Assembly: GCA_903959855.1 (NCBI GenBank)
Contig: CAJBYR010000176.1
Span: 11,472-75,471 of the forward strand
DNA from: an uncultured beta proteobacterium
GTDB taxonomy: Bacteria; Pseudomonadota; Gammaproteobacteria; Burkholderiales; Rhodocyclaceae
Direction of reading: 5' to 3'
Length of the DNA stretch: 64,000 nt
Made by a program: the position numbers and the translations under genes
The notes under the pieces: generated by a model
Seen by the model: the letters and a program-made list of their open reading frames with translations, nothing else
Told to the model about the DNA's origin: nothing
Database searches by the model: none
In this document: in pieces, positions 10,066 to 22,525 of the stretch
How positions within the stretch are numbered: position 1 is the stretch's first letter
Layout of the letters: each line of letters starts with the position of its first letter

Positions 10066-10095
10066 TTGTATGAAGACCGGCGACTCGGCTATAAT
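10066..10095 (+). promoter_or_regulatory. putative sigma70-type promoter of rpsB-tsf
   Basis: TTGTAT (10066-10071), an 18-nt spacer, then the consensus TATAAT (10090-10095). It lies about 125 nt upstream of the rpsB ATG. Confidence 0.4.
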
Positions 10096-10218
10096 CGCTA
10101 GCTTGACCGGGGTGTTCCCGGGCAAAATCCACACGCCCGGCGCCGATAGGGTGGCTGAACGCAGATCGCGTTGAGCAGCACGGCCGGGCGGCGGTTCAAC
10201 CCATATCGGAGATACTCG

Positions 10219-10968
10219 ATGAGCACTACCATGCGCCAGATGCTGGAGGCCGGAGTTCATTTCGGCCACCAGACCCGTTTCTGGAACCCCAAAATGGCCC
10301 CGTACATTTTCGGCCATCGCAACAAAATCCACATCATCAACCTTGAAAAGACCCTCGCCAAGTACAACGAGGCGATGAGTTTCGTGCGCAAGATGGCAGG
10401 CAAGAAGGGCACCGTCCTTTTCGTCGGCACCAAGCGCCAGGCGCGCGAGATCGTCGCCGAAGAAGCCCAGCGTTGCGGCATGCCCTACGTCGATGACCGC
10501 TGGCTTGGCGGCATGATGACCAACTTCAAGACCCTCAAGCTCTCCGTCAAGCGCCTCAAGGATCTTGAACAGGCGATCGAGGAAGGCGGCCAGGAAAAGC
10601 TGTCGAAGAAGGAGGCGCTGACCCGTCAGCGCGAGATCGACAAGCTGCGCAAGTCCATCGGTGGCATCAAGGAGATGGGCGGCCTGCCCGATGCCATTTT
10701 CGTGATCGACGTCGGCTATCACAAGATTGCCATTACCGAAGCTAGCAAGCTTGGCATTCCGGTGATCGGCGTGGTCGATACCAATCACTCGCCGGAGGGT
10801 GTCAGCTACGTGATCCCCGGCAATGATGACTCCTCCGGCGCGATCCGGCTGTACGCCCGCGGCGTGGCCGACGCGATCCTCGAGGGCAAGAGCCAGTCGA
10901 TCAACGAAGTAGTGCAGCAACTGGCCGGCGACGACGAGTTCGTCGAGGTCGAAGACGCCGCCGAGTAA
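10219..10968 (+). CDS. rpsB: 30S ribosomal protein S2
   Basis: [26 protein letters not shown]... is the classic S2 N-terminus. GGAG lies 8 nt upstream of ATG 10219; the ORF track frame begins earlier, at 10171. Confidence 0.97.
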   Translation: MSTTMRQMLEAGVHFGHQTRFWNPKMAPYIFGHRNKIHIINLEKTLAKYNEAMSFVRKMAGKKGTVLFVGTKRQAREIVAEEAQRCGMPYVDDRWLGGMMTNFKTLKLSVKRLKDLEQAIEEGGQEKLSKKEALTRQREIDKLRKSIGGIKEMGGLPDAIFVIDVGYHKIAITEASKLGIPVIGVVDTNHSPEGVSYVIPGNDDSSGAIRLYARGVADAILEGKSQSINEVVQQLAGDDEFVEVEDAAE

Positions 10969-11060
10969 GCGGGCGGACCGACAGCACGGTCAAGGCGCGT
11001 GCCATGCATGGTGCGCGTCTGAACGGCTTGTTTCGAGAAATTGATTTTGGAGTAACGAGA

Positions 11061-11960
11061 ATGGCGGAAATTACCGCAAGCATGGTCAAGGAACTGCGCG
11101 AGAAGACCGACGCGCCGATGATGGAATGCAAGAAGGCGCTGACCGAGGCCGGTGGCGACATGGTCAAGGCCGAAGAAATCCTGCGCGTCAAGTTGGGTAA
11201 CAAGGCCACCAAGGCCGCCGCCCGCGTCGCCGCGGAAGGCATCGTCGCGATTTATGTGTCCGGCGACGGCAAGCTGGGCAGCATCTTCGAAATCAACAGC
11301 GAGACCGATTTCGTCGCCAAGAACGACGAGTTCATCAAGCTGGCTGCAGATTGCGCGCGCCTGGCGGCCGAGAAGGCCCCGGCCGACGTCGCCGCCCTGT
11401 CGGCCCTGCCGCTGGGCGACGGCACCGTCGAGTCCACGCGTACCGCACTGGTCGGCAAGATCGGCGAGAACATGAGCGCCCGTCGCTTCGTCCGCGTCGC
11501 GGCCCAGGGCAAGCTTGCCTCCTACATCCACGGCGGCTCCAAGATCGGCGTACTGGTCGATGTGGTCGGCGGTGACGATCAGCTGGCCAAGGACATCGCC
11601 ATGCACATCGCTGCCTCGAAGCCGAAGGCGCTCGATTCTTCCGGCGTTCCGGCCGAGTTGCTCGACACCGAACGTCGCATCGCGATCGAGAAGGCACGCG
11701 AAGCCGGCAAGCCGGACGCGATGCTGGAGAAAATCGCCGAAGGAACTGTCCAGAAGTACCTCAAGGACGTGACCCTGCTGGGCCAGGTCTTTGTCAAGGC
11801 GGAAGACGGCAAGCAGACCATCGAGCAACTCCTGAAAGCCAGGGGCGCGTCGGTAGCCGGATTCACGCTGTATATGGTGGGCGAAGGCATCGAGAAGAAG
11901 GTCAACGACTTCGCCGCTGAAGTGGCCGCCCAGGCGGCCGCTGCCGCCGGCAACAAGTAA
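11061..11960 (+). CDS. tsf: translation elongation factor Ts
   Basis: [27 protein letters not shown]... is the EF-Ts UBA-like N-terminus. The gene follows rpsB. Start chosen at ATG 11061 within ORF 11004..11960. Confidence 0.97.
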   Translation: MAEITASMVKELREKTDAPMMECKKALTEAGGDMVKAEEILRVKLGNKATKAAARVAAEGIVAIYVSGDGKLGSIFEINSETDFVAKNDEFIKLAADCARLAAEKAPADVAALSALPLGDGTVESTRTALVGKIGENMSARRFVRVAAQGKLASYIHGGSKIGVLVDVVGGDDQLAKDIAMHIAASKPKALDSSGVPAELLDTERRIAIEKAREAGKPDAMLEKIAEGTVQKYLKDVTLLGQVFVKAEDGKQTIEQLLKARGASVAGFTLYMVGEGIEKKVNDFAAEVAAQAAAAAGNK

Positions 11961-11974
11961 GCCGGGATCGCCGC

Positions 11975-12691
11975 ATGGTCGCGCCGAAGTTCCGTCGCAT
12001 CCTGCTGAAGCTTTCGGGCGAGGCGCTGATGGGTGATGATGCCTATGGCATCAATACGGCAGTGCTTGGCGCGATCGTGGCCGAGATCAAGGCGGTTACC
12101 GATCTTGGCGTCGAGGCCGGTGTGGTCATCGGCGGAGGCAATATTTTCCGTGGCCTGGCCGGCACGGCGACCGGGATGGATCGCGCCACCGCCGACTACA
12201 TGGGCATGCTGGCGACGGTGATGAATGCCATGGCGCTGTCCGATGCGATGCGCCAGGCGGGAATCAATGCCCGCGTGCAGTCGGCGCTCAACATCGAGCA
12301 GGTAGTCGAGCCCTACATCCGGGGCAAGGCAATCCGCTATCTCGAAGAAGGCAAGGTCGTCATCTTCGGTGCCGGCACCGGCAATCCATTCTTTACCACG
12401 GATACCGCCGCCGCGTTGCGCGGCTCGGAGATCGGTGCCGAGATCGTGCTCAAGGCCACCAAGGTCGATGGCATCTATACCGCCGATCCGAAGAAGGATC
12501 CGCAAGCCACCCGCTTCGCCCGCATCAGCTTTGATGAGGCGATTGGCCGCAATCTGGCAGTGATGGACGCGACCGCTTTCGCGCTGTGCCGCGACCAGAA
12601 ACTGCCGATCAACGTGTTCTCGATCTTCAAGGCCGGCGCGCTGAAGCGCGTGGTCATGGGAGAGAACGAGGGCACCCTGGTTCACGTTTAG
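11975..12691 (+). CDS. pyrH: UMP kinase
   Basis: 238 aa with [11 protein letters not shown] and GGGNIFRG motifs, in the conserved tsf-pyrH-frr order. Confidence 0.97.
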   Translation: MVAPKFRRILLKLSGEALMGDDAYGINTAVLGAIVAEIKAVTDLGVEAGVVIGGGNIFRGLAGTATGMDRATADYMGMLATVMNAMALSDAMRQAGINARVQSALNIEQVVEPYIRGKAIRYLEEGKVVIFGAGTGNPFFTTDTAAALRGSEIGAEIVLKATKVDGIYTADPKKDPQATRFARISFDEAIGRNLAVMDATAFALCRDQKLPINVFSIFKAGALKRVVMGENEGTLVHV

Positions 12692-12699
12692 GAGGTTGC

Positions 12700-13257
12700 A
12701 TGATTCCCGAACTGAAGAAGACATCCGAGCAGAAGATGCAGAAGAGCCTTGAGTCGCTCAAGGCCGATCTGGGCAAGGTGCGCACCGGTCGTGCGCACAC
12801 CGGCATCCTGGACCATGTTCAGGTTGACTATTACGGCTCCATGGTTGCAATCACGCAGGTGGCCAACGTCACCCTGATCGACGCCCGCACCATCGGCGTC
12901 CAGCCGTGGGAAAAGCCGATGGTAGCCAAGGTGGAAAGAGCCATCCGCGATTCCGACCTCGGCCTGAATCCCTCGTCGCAAGGCGAACTGATTCGTGTGC
13001 CGATGCCCGCGCTGACTGAAGAACGTCGCCGCGACCTGATCAAGGTGATCAAGCACGAAGGCGAGAACGCCAAGGTGGCGATTCGCAATCTGCGTCGCGA
13101 TGCGATCGCCCACCTCAAGGAAGCTCTGAAGAAGAAGGAGATCGGCGAGGATGACGAGCGCAAGGCATTGGATGACATGCAACGGCTTACCGATCGTTAT
13201 GTCGCCGAGGTCGATCGCCAACTGGCGGAAAAAGAGAAGGACCTGATGGCTATCTGA
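12700..13257 (+). CDS. frr: ribosome recycling factor
   Basis: Begins [33 protein letters not shown] and is 185 aa. AGGAGG lies 5-10 nt upstream of ATG 12700. Confidence 0.97.
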   Translation: MIPELKKTSEQKMQKSLESLKADLGKVRTGRAHTGILDHVQVDYYGSMVAITQVANVTLIDARTIGVQPWEKPMVAKVERAIRDSDLGLNPSSQGELIRVPMPALTEERRRDLIKVIKHEGENAKVAIRNLRRDAIAHLKEALKKKEIGEDDERKALDDMQRLTDRYVAEVDRQLAEKEKDLMAI

Positions 13258-13275
13258 ATCGCGGGAGCGGGCAAC

Positions 13276-14082
13276 ATGGCAGGAAATTTCACCAGTTCGA
13301 CCCAGGCCATCCCCGACGTGGGCAAGGTGCCGCGCCATATTGCCATCATCATGGACGGCAACGGGCGCTGGGCAAAGAAGCGCTACATGCCGCGTGTTGC
13401 CGGCCACAAGCGTGGCGTCGAAATTGTGCGTGCAACCGTCAAGGCCTGCATCGCGCGCGGCGTCGACTACCTGACCTTGTTCGCCTTTTCGTCGGAGAAC
13501 TGGCGCCGACCGGTCGAGGAAGTGTCCTTCCTCATGAACCTCTTCGTCAGCGCTTTGCAAAATGAAATCGGCAGGCTCCATGCCAACGGGGTGAGGCTGA
13601 AGGTGGTCGGCGACCTTTCCGCTTTTGAGCCCAGGCTGGTAGCCCTGATTCGCGAAGGCGAGGCCCTCACGGCAAACAACTCGCGCCTGACGCTGACCAT
13701 CGCGGCCAACTACGGCGGGCGTTGGGACATCCTGCAGGCGATGAACCAGTTGGCGCTGGCCCACCCGGAAAAGGTCGGCGTTTTTGGCGAGGCGGATCTC
13801 GCGCCCCATCTGGTCATGGCCTATGCGCCGGAGCCCGACCTTTTCATCCGTACCGGTGGCGAACAGCGAATCAGCAATTTCCTGCTCTGGCAACTCGCCT
13901 ACAGCGAACTCTATTTCACCGATACGCTCTGGCCGGATTTCGACGATGCGTCGCTGGATTCCGCCATCGCTTCCTACCGGCAGCGCGAGCGCCGTTTCGG
14001 TCGCACCAGCGATCAACTGATCGATAACGCCGTGTCACCAGCGCCGACTCTCGCCGTGCCGGCCGCCGGCCACGATGCTTAA
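13276..14082 (+). CDS. uppS: ditrans,polycis-undecaprenyl-diphosphate synthase
   Basis: [27 protein letters not shown] and [23 protein letters not shown] are typical cis-prenyltransferase motifs. Confidence 0.95.
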   Translation: MAGNFTSSTQAIPDVGKVPRHIAIIMDGNGRWAKKRYMPRVAGHKRGVEIVRATVKACIARGVDYLTLFAFSSENWRRPVEEVSFLMNLFVSALQNEIGRLHANGVRLKVVGDLSAFEPRLVALIREGEALTANNSRLTLTIAANYGGRWDILQAMNQLALAHPEKVGVFGEADLAPHLVMAYAPEPDLFIRTGGEQRISNFLLWQLAYSELYFTDTLWPDFDDASLDSAIASYRQRERRFGRTSDQLIDNAVSPAPTLAVPAAGHDA

Positions 14083-14878
14083 GACACGGATCCTGACGGC
14101 GCTGGTGCTGGTTGCCGCGCTTGGACTGATCCTCTTCGCGCTGCCGCCGATCGCGGCGACACTGGCATTCGCGCTGGTCGCTGCCGCAGCGGCGTGGGAA
14201 TGGGCCGGCTTGATGAAATTGGATCCGCCGGTTCGCTATATGTACGCAGCCAGCATTCTGGTGTGTTGCTGGCAGCTTACGGTCAGCATGCCGCAGCTGG
14301 TACCTGTGCTGCTCGGACTCTCCGCGGCATTCTGGCTGCTGGTGGTTCCCTTCTGGTTCCGCTACAAATGGACGCTGGGCGGCAACGACATGGGCGGGTA
14401 CCTGCTGGGGGCCCTGGTGATCCTGCCGACCTGGGCGGCGATGGTTGCCCTGCACGCGGTTGATACCTGGCTGATGCTGGCCGCCATGGGTCTGGTCTGG
14501 GTTGCCGATATTGCAGCCTACTTTGCCGGTCGCGCCCTGGGTCGCCACAAGCTGGCGCCGGCAATCAGTCCGGGCAAGACCTGGGAGGGCGTCGCCGGTG
14601 CTGTCGTTGGCGTCCTGATCTATGGTGGCATCGTGCTTTCATTCAGTCCGCTTGCGGGCAAGCTTCCTTTGCCGTTGCCGGCAATTGTCGGGTTGTTGTT
14701 CCTGCTTACCGCCGTCAGTGTCATGGGCGACCTCTTCGAGTCCTTGCTCAAGCGGCAAGCCGGCATCAAGGACAGCAGCCAGTTGCTGCCCGGGCATGGC
14801 GGCGTGCTTGATCGCATCGATGCCTTGACGTCGACCCTGCCGCTGGCGGCACTGATCCTTTACCTCGTCCGTTCATGA
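14075..14878 (+). CDS. cdsA: phosphatidate cytidylyltransferase
   Basis: 267-aa polytopic membrane protein with the CTP-transferase signature [27 protein letters not shown]. It overlaps the end of uppS by 8 nt. Confidence 0.9.
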   Translation: MLKTRILTALVLVAALGLILFALPPIAATLAFALVAAAAAWEWAGLMKLDPPVRYMYAASILVCCWQLTVSMPQLVPVLLGLSAAFWLLVVPFWFRYKWTLGGNDMGGYLLGALVILPTWAAMVALHAVDTWLMLAAMGLVWVADIAAYFAGRALGRHKLAPAISPGKTWEGVAGAVVGVLIYGGIVLSFSPLAGKLPLPLPAIVGLLFLLTAVSVMGDLFESLLKRQAGIKDSSQLLPGHGGVLDRIDALTSTLPLAALILYLVRS

Positions 14879-16053
14879 AGATTTCCGTACTCGGTGCCAC
14901 CGGGTCCATCGGGGTCAGCACGCTCGATGTCATAGCCCGGCATCCGGATCGATTTGAGGTCGTCGCCCTGACCGGCCACAGCCGGGTCGAGATTCTCGCC
15001 GACCAATGCCGGCGGTTTCGTCCAGCCTACGCCGTGGTCGGTGGTCCGGACGAAGCGCGTCGCCTCAGTGATTTGCTGACCGCCGGTATGGCGACCGAAG
15101 TGTTGTACGGGCCCGAGGCGCTCTGTCAGGTCGCGTCCCTGCCGGACGTCGACGCGGTCATGGCGGCGATTGTCGGTGCCGCCGGCCTGCCGCCTACGCT
15201 TGCTGCCGCCAAGGCGGGGAAGCGCGTGCTGCTCGCCAACAAGGAAGCGCTGGTGATGGCCGGCGCAGTATTCATGGCCGAGGTGCATCGCGCCGGAGCG
15301 CTGCTGTTGCCGATCGACAGCGAGCACAATGCGATTTTCCAGTCGATGCCCCACGATTTTGCCGGGAACATGGCTCGCGGCGGGGTGCGGCGGATACTAT
15401 TGACGGCATCGGGCGGCCCCTTTCGCAATACGCCCGCGGACCAGTTGCGCACCGTCACCCCGGCGCAGGCGGTGGCTCATCCGAACTGGTCGATGGGACG
15501 CAAGATCTCCGTCGATTCGGCGACGATGATGAACAAGGGCCTTGAAGTGATCGAGGCCCATTGGTTGTTCAATGCCCCGGCAGACCGTATCGAGGTGGTG
15601 ATCCATCCGCAAAGCGTGATCCATTCGCTGGTTGATTACAACGATGGATCGGTTCTGGCACAACTCGGGAATCCAGACATGCGCACCCCGATCGCTCATG
15701 CACTGGCGTGGCCGGACCGCATCGACTCGGGCGTCGCACCGCTGGACCTTTTCGCCGTCGGGCAGCTCAACTTCGAGCGACCCGATTCAACGCGCTTCCC
15801 CTGTCTCGACCTTGCCTACCGGGCCTTGCGTGCCGAAGGCAATGCCGCCGCCGTACTGAATGCCGCCAACGAGCTGGCCGTTGAGGCTTTCCTTGAAGAG
15901 CGTTTGCCATTTCTGGGTATCGCCGAAGTGATCGCCGAGACGCTGGATCAAGTGCCGCAAGCCGGTTTGCCGGACCTCGATGCCGTGTTCGACGCTGATC
16001 GACAGGCACGCTCGGTTGCCGGCAAGGTTCTTGCCAGTCGTCGCCAGCGATGA
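14875..16053 (+). CDS. dxr: 1-deoxy-D-xylulose-5-phosphate reductoisomerase
   Basis: [19 protein letters not shown] (NADPH-binding motif), LANKEALV and DSEHNAIFQ. 392 aa. Confidence 0.95.
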   Translation: MKISVLGATGSIGVSTLDVIARHPDRFEVVALTGHSRVEILADQCRRFRPAYAVVGGPDEARRLSDLLTAGMATEVLYGPEALCQVASLPDVDAVMAAIVGAAGLPPTLAAAKAGKRVLLANKEALVMAGAVFMAEVHRAGALLLPIDSEHNAIFQSMPHDFAGNMARGGVRRILLTASGGPFRNTPADQLRTVTPAQAVAHPNWSMGRKISVDSATMMNKGLEVIEAHWLFNAPADRIEVVIHPQSVIHSLVDYNDGSVLAQLGNPDMRTPIAHALAWPDRIDSGVAPLDLFAVGQLNFERPDSTRFPCLDLAYRALRAEGNAAAVLNAANELAVEAFLEERLPFLGIAEVIAETLDQVPQAGLPDLDAVFDADRQARSVAGKVLASRRQR

Positions 16054-17423
16054 ATCCGCAACTGTGGGGCTGGTACGGCGGAGCGTTCATCGTTGCCCTT
16101 GCCGTGCTCGTGGTGGTGCACGAGATGGGCCACTATCTTGCCGCGCGGGCCTGCAACGTAAAAGTCCTGCGCTTTGCCTTTGGTTTTGGCAAGGTGATCT
16201 GGATGCGTCGTGGCGGCCTGGACAAAACCGAATGGGCAATTTCGATTTTTCCGCTGGGCGGCTACGTCAAGATGCTCGACGAGCGAGAAGGCGAAGTTGC
16301 CGCTGCCGATCTGCCGCGTTCTTTTAACCGCCAGTCGGTGGGGCGGCGCGCCTTCATCGTCGCTGCCGGACCGGCCGCCAACTTCCTGCTGGCGATCCTG
16401 CTGTACTGGGGTCTGCTCATGCATGGCGTGACTGAACTCAAACCCCGCCTGGGACAGCCGCCGGCCGGATCGGTCGCGGCGATGGCAGGCATCGTCGAAG
16501 GTTCAACCGTGCGCAGCGTGAATGGCACCCCTATCCTTACCTGGCAGGACTTGCGCTGGGAGGTCATGCGGCGGGCTCTGGACAAGGAAGCCGTAAGTAT
16601 CGAAACAGTCAATCCGCAACGGGAGATTGGCGTTTACCGGATCGCCACCGAGCGATTTGATCTTGAAGAGCTGGAAAAAGATCCCTTGCGTCCCCTGGGC
16701 CTGGTCCTGTTCCGGCCGCGTCTGCCCGCAGTGGTCGGCAACGTCCAACCGGGGTCAGTCGCCGACAGTGCGGGTTTCCGCGTCGGTGATCGGGTGCTGT
16801 CAATTGACGGCAAAGCGATTTCAGATTGGTCAGAGCTTGCCGCCGCCGCAAGAGCTGCGCCTGGCCGCAGCCTGCAGTTCCAAATCGAGCGCAATGGTGA
16901 CGTGGTCGTGATTGCGGCCGCGCCGCGCGCGGTCGAGGATGGCGGGCACAAACTCGGGCGCCTGGGATTGCTGGTGAAGGAAGGGCAGGGCGAGGCATTT
17001 GAAATGATGACGGTGGTGAGCTACGGACCTCTCGAATCCGGATGGCGAGCCATTACGCAAACCTGGGACACGTCGATACTCAGTTTGCGCATGATGGGAC
17101 GGATGCTGACCGGTGAGCTATCCTGGAAAAACCTCTCGGGGCCGGTGACAATCGCTGATTACGCCGGACAATCGGCCCGGCTTGGCCTGAGCTATTACTT
17201 GCGTTTTCTTGCGCTGATAAGCATCAGCCTTGGCGTGCTGAATCTGCTTCCCGTACCCGTTCTGGACGGGGGGCATTTGATGTATTATCTCGTCGAGTTT
17301 TTCAAGGGTGGCCCGGTGTCGGAACGGGCCCTGGAAATTGGCCAGCAGATTGGATTTGCCTTATTGGCACTGCTGATGGCCTTTGCCTTCTACAACGATA
17401 TCAACCGCCTTGTTTCAGGCTAG
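16050..17423 (+). CDS. rseP: RIP (site-2) zinc metalloprotease
   Basis: It has an HEMGH motif in the first TM helix, central PDZ-like repeats, and C-terminal [13 protein letters not shown]. 457 aa. Confidence 0.92.
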   Translation: MNPQLWGWYGGAFIVALAVLVVVHEMGHYLAARACNVKVLRFAFGFGKVIWMRRGGLDKTEWAISIFPLGGYVKMLDEREGEVAAADLPRSFNRQSVGRRAFIVAAGPAANFLLAILLYWGLLMHGVTELKPRLGQPPAGSVAAMAGIVEGSTVRSVNGTPILTWQDLRWEVMRRALDKEAVSIETVNPQREIGVYRIATERFDLEELEKDPLRPLGLVLFRPRLPAVVGNVQPGSVADSAGFRVGDRVLSIDGKAISDWSELAAAARAAPGRSLQFQIERNGDVVVIAAAPRAVEDGGHKLGRLGLLVKEGQGEAFEMMTVVSYGPLESGWRAITQTWDTSILSLRMMGRMLTGELSWKNLSGPVTIADYAGQSARLGLSYYLRFLALISISLGVLNLLPVPVLDGGHLMYYLVEFFKGGPVSERALEIGQQIGFALLALLMAFAFYNDINRLVSG

Positions 17424-17438
17424 GTTCCGCCTTACCAA

Positions 17439-19718
17439 ATGAAGATGAAACTGCTTGCCGGACTGGTCATCGCGTTGCTGGCGCGTTCCGCCATTGCCTT
17501 TGAGCCCTTCCCGATCAAAGATATCCGCGTCGAGGGCATCCAGCGTACCGAAGCAGGCACGGTGTTCTCCTATCTTCCCGTGAAGGTGGGCGACACAATG
17601 ACCGATGAGAAGGCCGCCGCCGCGATCAAGGCATTGTTTGCCACCGGCTTCTTCAAGGACGTGCGCCTGGAGATCGACGGGCAGGTGCTGGTGGTGATCC
17701 TCGACGAGCGTCCGGCCATTTCCTCGCTTGAATTCACCGGACTGAAGGCGTTCAAACCGGAAGACCTGAAAAAATCCTTGCGTGAGGTCGGGCTTGCGGA
17801 GTCGCGCATTTTTGACCGGGCCCTGGTCGAGCGCGCGGAGCAGGAACTGAAACGCCAGTATCTGGCTCAGGGTCACTATTCGGTGCAGGTGACCACTACG
17901 GTCACCCCGCTCGAGCGCAATCGTGTCGGCGTCAATTTCGCCGTCGACGAAGGTGAGATTGCCAAGATCCGGCAGATCAACATTATTGGTGCCAACGCAA
18001 TTGCCGAGTCCGAACTGCTCGATCTGATGGTGCTGCGTACGCCGGGATTGCTGACCTGGTACACCAAGAACGACCAATATTCGAAGCAAAAATTGTCGGG
18101 GGATCTGGAGTCTCTGCGTTCCTTCTACCTGGACCGCGGCTACCTCGAGTTCAACATCGAATCCACCCAGGTTTCGATCTCGCCGGAAAAGCAGGACATC
18201 TACATAACCATCAATATCACCGAAGGCGAGAAGTACACGATTTCCTCGGTCAAGCTGGCGGGGCAACTGCTGGTGCCTGAGGAAGAGCTGCGCAAGCTTG
18301 TTTTTGTCAAGCCTGGCGAGGTGTTTTCCCGCGAGCGCATGACGGAAACAACGAAGGCGATCAGCGAGCGCCTGGGTAACGAGGGTTATGCCTTCGCCAA
18401 TGTGAATGCGGCACCTGAACTCGACAAGGCCAAGCGCGAAGTCGCTTTCACGGTATTCATCGATCCGGGGCGACGTGTTTACGTTCGTCGCATCAATGTA
18501 ACCGGCAACACACGGACCCGCGACGAAGTCGTGCGTCGCGAGCTGCGTCAGACCGAGTCGGCGTGGTATGACGGCGAAAAGATCAATCGCTCGCGTACGC
18601 GGGTCGATAAACTCGGCTATTTTGACGAAGTCACAGTGGAAACTCCGCCGGTTGCCGGAACCACCGACCAGGTCGACATGGAGGTCAAGGTCAAGGAAAA
18701 GCCGACCGGCAACATCATGCTTGGCGCGGGATTCTCGAGCGCCGAAAAGTTTACCGTTTCAGGTGCGGTTCAGCAGCAGAACCTGTTCGGCAGCGGCAAG
18801 CATGTGGGCGTCCAGGTCAGCACCAGCAAGTCGAATCGGGTTTACTCGCTTTCACATACCGATCCCTATTTCACCGTTGATGGTGTCAGTCAGGGCTTCG
18901 ATGTCTACCTGAGAAATACCGATACCAGCACCTTGGCCGTGGGTAGCTTCGGTTCGGATTCGTTCGGTGGCGGCATGCGCTGGGGTATTCCCATTGCCGA
19001 GGATGACTACATCAATCTCGGCCTGGCATATGATCGGACCACGCTCAAGACTGACGCCAACAGCCCGATCCGCTACCAAAACTATGTGACCCAATTCGGG
19101 GCCAAGAGCAATACCCTGCTGGCCTCCGGCGGTTGGCAGCAGGATAGTCGCGACAGTCTGCTGGTGACGACACGCGGCGATTATCGTCGGGTTACCCTGG
19201 AGGTGGCTTTGCCGGGCAGCTCAGCGACATACGTGAAGGCGTCCTACCAGCACCAGTACTACTATCCGGTCGAAAGAAAAATAACTCTGGCGTTCAACGG
19301 CGAGGTTGGTGTTGCCCAGGGCTATGGCAACAAGGAGCTGCCGTTCTTCAAGAACTTCTATGCCGGTGGTATTGGTTCGGTGCGCGGTTTTGATTCCGGT
19401 TCGCTCGGGCCGCGGGATGCGGCAACGAGTGAGTCGGTCGGCGGCACGAAGCGCCTCATCGGAAATGCCGAATTGCTGTTTCCAGTCCCCGGCATGGGCA
19501 ATGACAAGTCAATGCGCCTGAGCGCGTTTGTTGATGCCGGCAATGTCTGGGGCTACGATTCGAAATTCAGCCTGGGCAGTTTGCGCTATAGCGGCGGCGT
19601 GGCACTTTCGTGGAATTCGCCGATGGGCCCCCTCAAGTTTTCCTATGCCAATCCTTTCAACAAAAAGGCTGATGACAAGGTCCAGCGTTTGCAGTTCCAG
19701 ATGGGTTCAGTTTTCTGA
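17439..19718 (+). CDS. bamA: outer membrane protein assembly factor BamA
   Basis: 759 aa. It has a signal peptide, POTRA-type repeats and a C-terminal beta-barrel ending ...RLQFQMGSVF. It sits in the conserved rseP-bamA-skp order. Confidence 0.95.
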   Translation: MKMKLLAGLVIALLARSAIAFEPFPIKDIRVEGIQRTEAGTVFSYLPVKVGDTMTDEKAAAAIKALFATGFFKDVRLEIDGQVLVVILDERPAISSLEFTGLKAFKPEDLKKSLREVGLAESRIFDRALVERAEQELKRQYLAQGHYSVQVTTTVTPLERNRVGVNFAVDEGEIAKIRQINIIGANAIAESELLDLMVLRTPGLLTWYTKNDQYSKQKLSGDLESLRSFYLDRGYLEFNIESTQVSISPEKQDIYITINITEGEKYTISSVKLAGQLLVPEEELRKLVFVKPGEVFSRERMTETTKAISERLGNEGYAFANVNAAPELDKAKREVAFTVFIDPGRRVYVRRINVTGNTRTRDEVVRRELRQTESAWYDGEKINRSRTRVDKLGYFDEVTVETPPVAGTTDQVDMEVKVKEKPTGNIMLGAGFSSAEKFTVSGAVQQQNLFGSGKHVGVQVSTSKSNRVYSLSHTDPYFTVDGVSQGFDVYLRNTDTSTLAVGSFGSDSFGGGMRWGIPIAEDDYINLGLAYDRTTLKTDANSPIRYQNYVTQFGAKSNTLLASGGWQQDSRDSLLVTTRGDYRRVTLEVALPGSSATYVKASYQHQYYYPVERKITLAFNGEVGVAQGYGNKELPFFKNFYAGGIGSVRGFDSGSLGPRDAATSESVGGTKRLIGNAELLFPVPGMGNDKSMRLSAFVDAGNVWGYDSKFSLGSLRYSGGVALSWNSPMGPLKFSYANPFNKKADDKVQRLQFQMGSVF

Positions 19719-19742
19719 CGGCTATTTAATGGTGAGAAAGTC

Positions 19743-20243
19743 ATGTTGAAGAAATTCCTCGTTTCAGGTTTTGCGCTGGCCATCTTCTCCTGCGGCGCCT
19801 TTGCCGAGGGCAAGATCGGCTTCGTAAATAGCCAGAAGATTCTTAACGATGCGCCGCAGGCGGCGAAGGCGAAGAAGAAGATCGAGAAGGACTTCGAAAA
19901 GCGCGATCAGGATCTGCAGCGCATCGCCAAGCAGCTGCAAGGCATGCAGGAGAACATGGACAAGAATGCCGTAACCATGGCGGAATCCGATCGACGCACC
20001 AAGGAGCGCGAGTTCAACGACCTGAATCGCGATTTCCAGCGCAAGCAGCGCGAATTCCGCGAGGACCTCAGCCAAAGACAGAACGAGGAAATGGCTTCGA
20101 TCTTCGAGCGCGTCAACAAAGTCATCAAGCAGATTGCCGAGGCCGAGAAATACGACGTCATTTTCCAGGAAGCGGTCTACGCCAACCCGCGCATCGACAT
20201 TACCGACCGGGTAATCAAGGCGTTGGGCGACGGCACGAAGTAA
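19743..20243 (+). CDS. skp: periplasmic chaperone Skp (OmpH family)
   Basis: 166 aa with a signal peptide (MLKKFLVSGFALAIFSCGAFA) and a Lys/Glu/Gln-rich coiled-coil body. It lies between bamA and lpxD. Confidence 0.85.
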   Translation: MLKKFLVSGFALAIFSCGAFAEGKIGFVNSQKILNDAPQAAKAKKKIEKDFEKRDQDLQRIAKQLQGMQENMDKNAVTMAESDRRTKEREFNDLNRDFQRKQREFREDLSQRQNEEMASIFERVNKVIKQIAEAEKYDVIFQEAVYANPRIDITDRVIKALGDGTK

Positions 20244-20253
20244 TACGCGGGCC

Positions 20254-21279
20254 GTGGGACTGCGGCTCGATGAGATCGTTGCCCGTCTGGGCGGAGTAAT
20301 AGTCGGCGCCGGCGACACGGTGGTTTCGCGTATCGCCACGCTTGAGACGGCCGGCGCTGGCGACCTGGCTTTCCTTGCCAATCCGAAGTATCGCCATCAG
20401 TTGGCCACGACGCGGGCAAGTGCGGTAATCATGGCTGCGCCCGCGGCGCCAGATCTGAATGCTGCGATTCTGACGCCCCAACCCTATCTTTATTACGCCA
20501 GGGTGGCTCAGTGGCTCAATCCCGAACCACCGTCCGCTCCGGGTATCCACCCCAGCGCTGTCGTCGAGGGGCGGGTTGCTTCCAGCGCCAGCATCGGGCC
20601 TAACGTCTGGATCGCATCCGGTGCGGTCGTCGGCGAAGGCGCCGTGATCGGGGCGAACTGCAGCGTCGGCCAGGATGCGGTTATCGGCGCGGGCAGTCGC
20701 CTTGCTGCCAATGTTGTCATCTACGCGCGGTGCCAGATTGGTGCCCGTTGCCTGATTCATGGCGGCGCCGTGATTGGCTCGGATGGATTTGGTTTTGCGC
20801 GAGACGCCGATGATAGCTGGGTGAAGATTCCCCAGGTTGGCAGGGTAATCATCGGCAACGATGTGGAAATCGGAGCCGGAACCACGATCGATCGAGGGGC
20901 GCTCGGCGATACCGTAATCGGCGACGGCGTCAAGCTGGACAACCAGATTCAGGTCGGTCACAACGTGCAAATCGGCGCCAATTCGGCGCTGGCGGGTTGC
21001 GTCGGCATTGCCGGCAGCGCCGCTATCGGCGCCCGCTGCACCGTCGGCGGTGGCGCCATCATCCTCGGGCATCTTAAAATCGCCGATGAGGTTAACATTT
21101 CGGCGGGCACGCTGGTTGGCAAGTCGATTCCGAAATCCGGCAGCTACAGCGGCACCGTGCCTTTTCTCGAGCACGGCGACTGGTTGCGAAATTTCGCGCG
21201 CCTGCGCCATCTCGATGCGATGGCCGATAAAATCCGGGCCCTCGAACAGCGGCTTGCCGCACTGGAGAAAAAATCATGA
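20254..21279 (+). CDS. lpxD: UDP-3-O-acylglucosamine N-acyltransferase
   Basis: 341 aa with long left-handed beta-helix hexapeptide repeats and the typical N-terminus [13 protein letters not shown] start. Confidence 0.93.
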   Translation: MGLRLDEIVARLGGVIVGAGDTVVSRIATLETAGAGDLAFLANPKYRHQLATTRASAVIMAAPAAPDLNAAILTPQPYLYYARVAQWLNPEPPSAPGIHPSAVVEGRVASSASIGPNVWIASGAVVGEGAVIGANCSVGQDAVIGAGSRLAANVVIYARCQIGARCLIHGGAVIGSDGFGFARDADDSWVKIPQVGRVIIGNDVEIGAGTTIDRGALGDTVIGDGVKLDNQIQVGHNVQIGANSALAGCVGIAGSAAIGARCTVGGGAIILGHLKIADEVNISAGTLVGKSIPKSGSYSGTVPFLEHGDWLRNFARLRHLDAMADKIRALEQRLAALEKKS

Positions 21280-21755
21280 GCAGCGATGGCGCCAGCCCCG
21301 AGGGCTTGTCCCGCATGGACATCCACCAGATTCTCGAATACCTCCCGCATCGCTATCCAATCCTGCTGGTCGATCGCGTGCTGGACGTCGTTCCCGGTGA
21401 GCGGATCCGGGCCCTGAAGAATGTCAGCGTCAACGAGCCGTATTTCCCGGGCCACTATCCGCATCACCCGGTAATGCCGGGCGTGCTGATCGTCGAGGCG
21501 ATGGCGCAGACGGCGGCGATCCTGGCGTTCAAGACCATGGGCAACAAACCGGACGACAAATCGGTGTATTACTTCGTCGGCATCGACAATGCCAGATTCA
21601 AGAAGCCGGTTGGCCCGGGTGATCAGCTGGTGATTGACGTCACTCTGGCGGCGACCAAGCGGGGCATCTGGAAGTTCTCCGCTGTCGCGAAAGTGGATGG
21701 GCAGGTGGCGTCCGAGGCGGACCTGATTTGTGCCGTGAGACCGACGCCACAATGA
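21276..21755 (+). CDS. fabZ: 3-hydroxyacyl-ACP dehydratase
   Basis: [13 protein letters not shown] and [15 protein letters not shown] are hot-dog fold motifs. ATGA overlap with the lpxD stop. Confidence 0.95.
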   Translation: MSSDGASPEGLSRMDIHQILEYLPHRYPILLVDRVLDVVPGERIRALKNVSVNEPYFPGHYPHHPVMPGVLIVEAMAQTAAILAFKTMGNKPDDKSVYYFVGIDNARFKKPVGPGDQLVIDVTLAATKRGIWKFSAVAKVDGQVASEADLICAVRPTPQ

Positions 21756-22525
21756 GCATACATCCCACAGCCATCGTCCATCCGGAGGCGAAGCTGGGCC
21801 GCGGGGTCGTGATAGGTCCCTATACCATCGTCGGCGAACACGTCGAAATTGGCGACCAAACCGTTGTCGGCCCGCATGTCGTGATCGGCGGACATACCCG
21901 GATCGGCGCCGGGAACCACATCTTCCAGTTTTGCTCGATCGGTGAAATCCCGCAGGACAAGAAATATTCGGGAGAGCCAACCCGCCTCGAAATCGGCGAC
22001 CGCAACACCATCCGCGAATTCTGTACCTTCAATTGCGGCACCGCCCAGGATGCTGGTGTCACGCGCCTCGGCAACGACAACTGGATCATGGCCTATGTGC
22101 ATCTTGCGCACGATTGCCAGGTTGGCAGCCAGACCATTTTTGCCAATAACACCCAGCTTGCGGGACACGTTCAGGTCGGCGACTGGGCCATACTTGGCGG
22201 CTTCACCGTGGTCCATCAGTTTGTGCGCATCGGCGCCCACAGCTTCACTGCCATGGGTACGATACTGCTTCAGGATCTGCCGCCCTTTGTAACGGCGGCG
22301 GGCAATCCGGCAGAACCGCGCAGCATCAATGCCGAAGGCATCAAGCGGCGCGGATTCTCGCCGGTGGAAGTGACCGCCGTCAAGCGCGCCTTCAAAACCC
22401 TGTACAAGAGCGGCATGAAGCTTGAAGAGGCTCGTGCGGCAATCGCTGCAGATGTTGTCGCTGCGCCCCAACTCGCGCTGTTGTCCGCTTTCCTGGATGT
22501 TCCCGGACGCGGAATCATCCGCTGA
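21752..22525 (+). CDS. lpxA: acyl-ACP--UDP-N-acetylglucosamine O-acyltransferase
   Basis: [16 protein letters not shown]... followed by hexapeptide repeats. ATG 21752 overlaps the fabZ stop (ATGA); the ORF track frame begins at 21728. Confidence 0.95.
   Translation: MSIHPTAIVHPEAKLGRGVVIGPYTIVGEHVEIGDQTVVGPHVVIGGHTRIGAGNHIFQFCSIGEIPQDKKYSGEPTRLEIGDRNTIREFCTFNCGTAQDAGVTRLGNDNWIMAYVHLAHDCQVGSQTIFANNTQLAGHVQVGDWAILGGFTVVHQFVRIGAHSFTAMGTILLQDLPPFVTAAGNPAEPRSINAEGIKRRGFSPVEVTAVKRAFKTLYKSGMKLEEARAAIAADVVAAPQLALLSAFLDVPGRGIIR

Noticed and set aside
12688-14016. Other long antisense ORFs (for example 12688..14016 -, 22270..23781 -, 40645..41952 +, 43678..44895 -, 45034..46386 -, 62908..63954 -, 6642..7814 +)
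   Set aside because: Each lies opposite an unmistakable housekeeping gene (frr/uppS, lpxB, tex, purL, plsX, glnD). Each shows the characteristic antisense amino-acid bias, and none has an independent motif or RBS.
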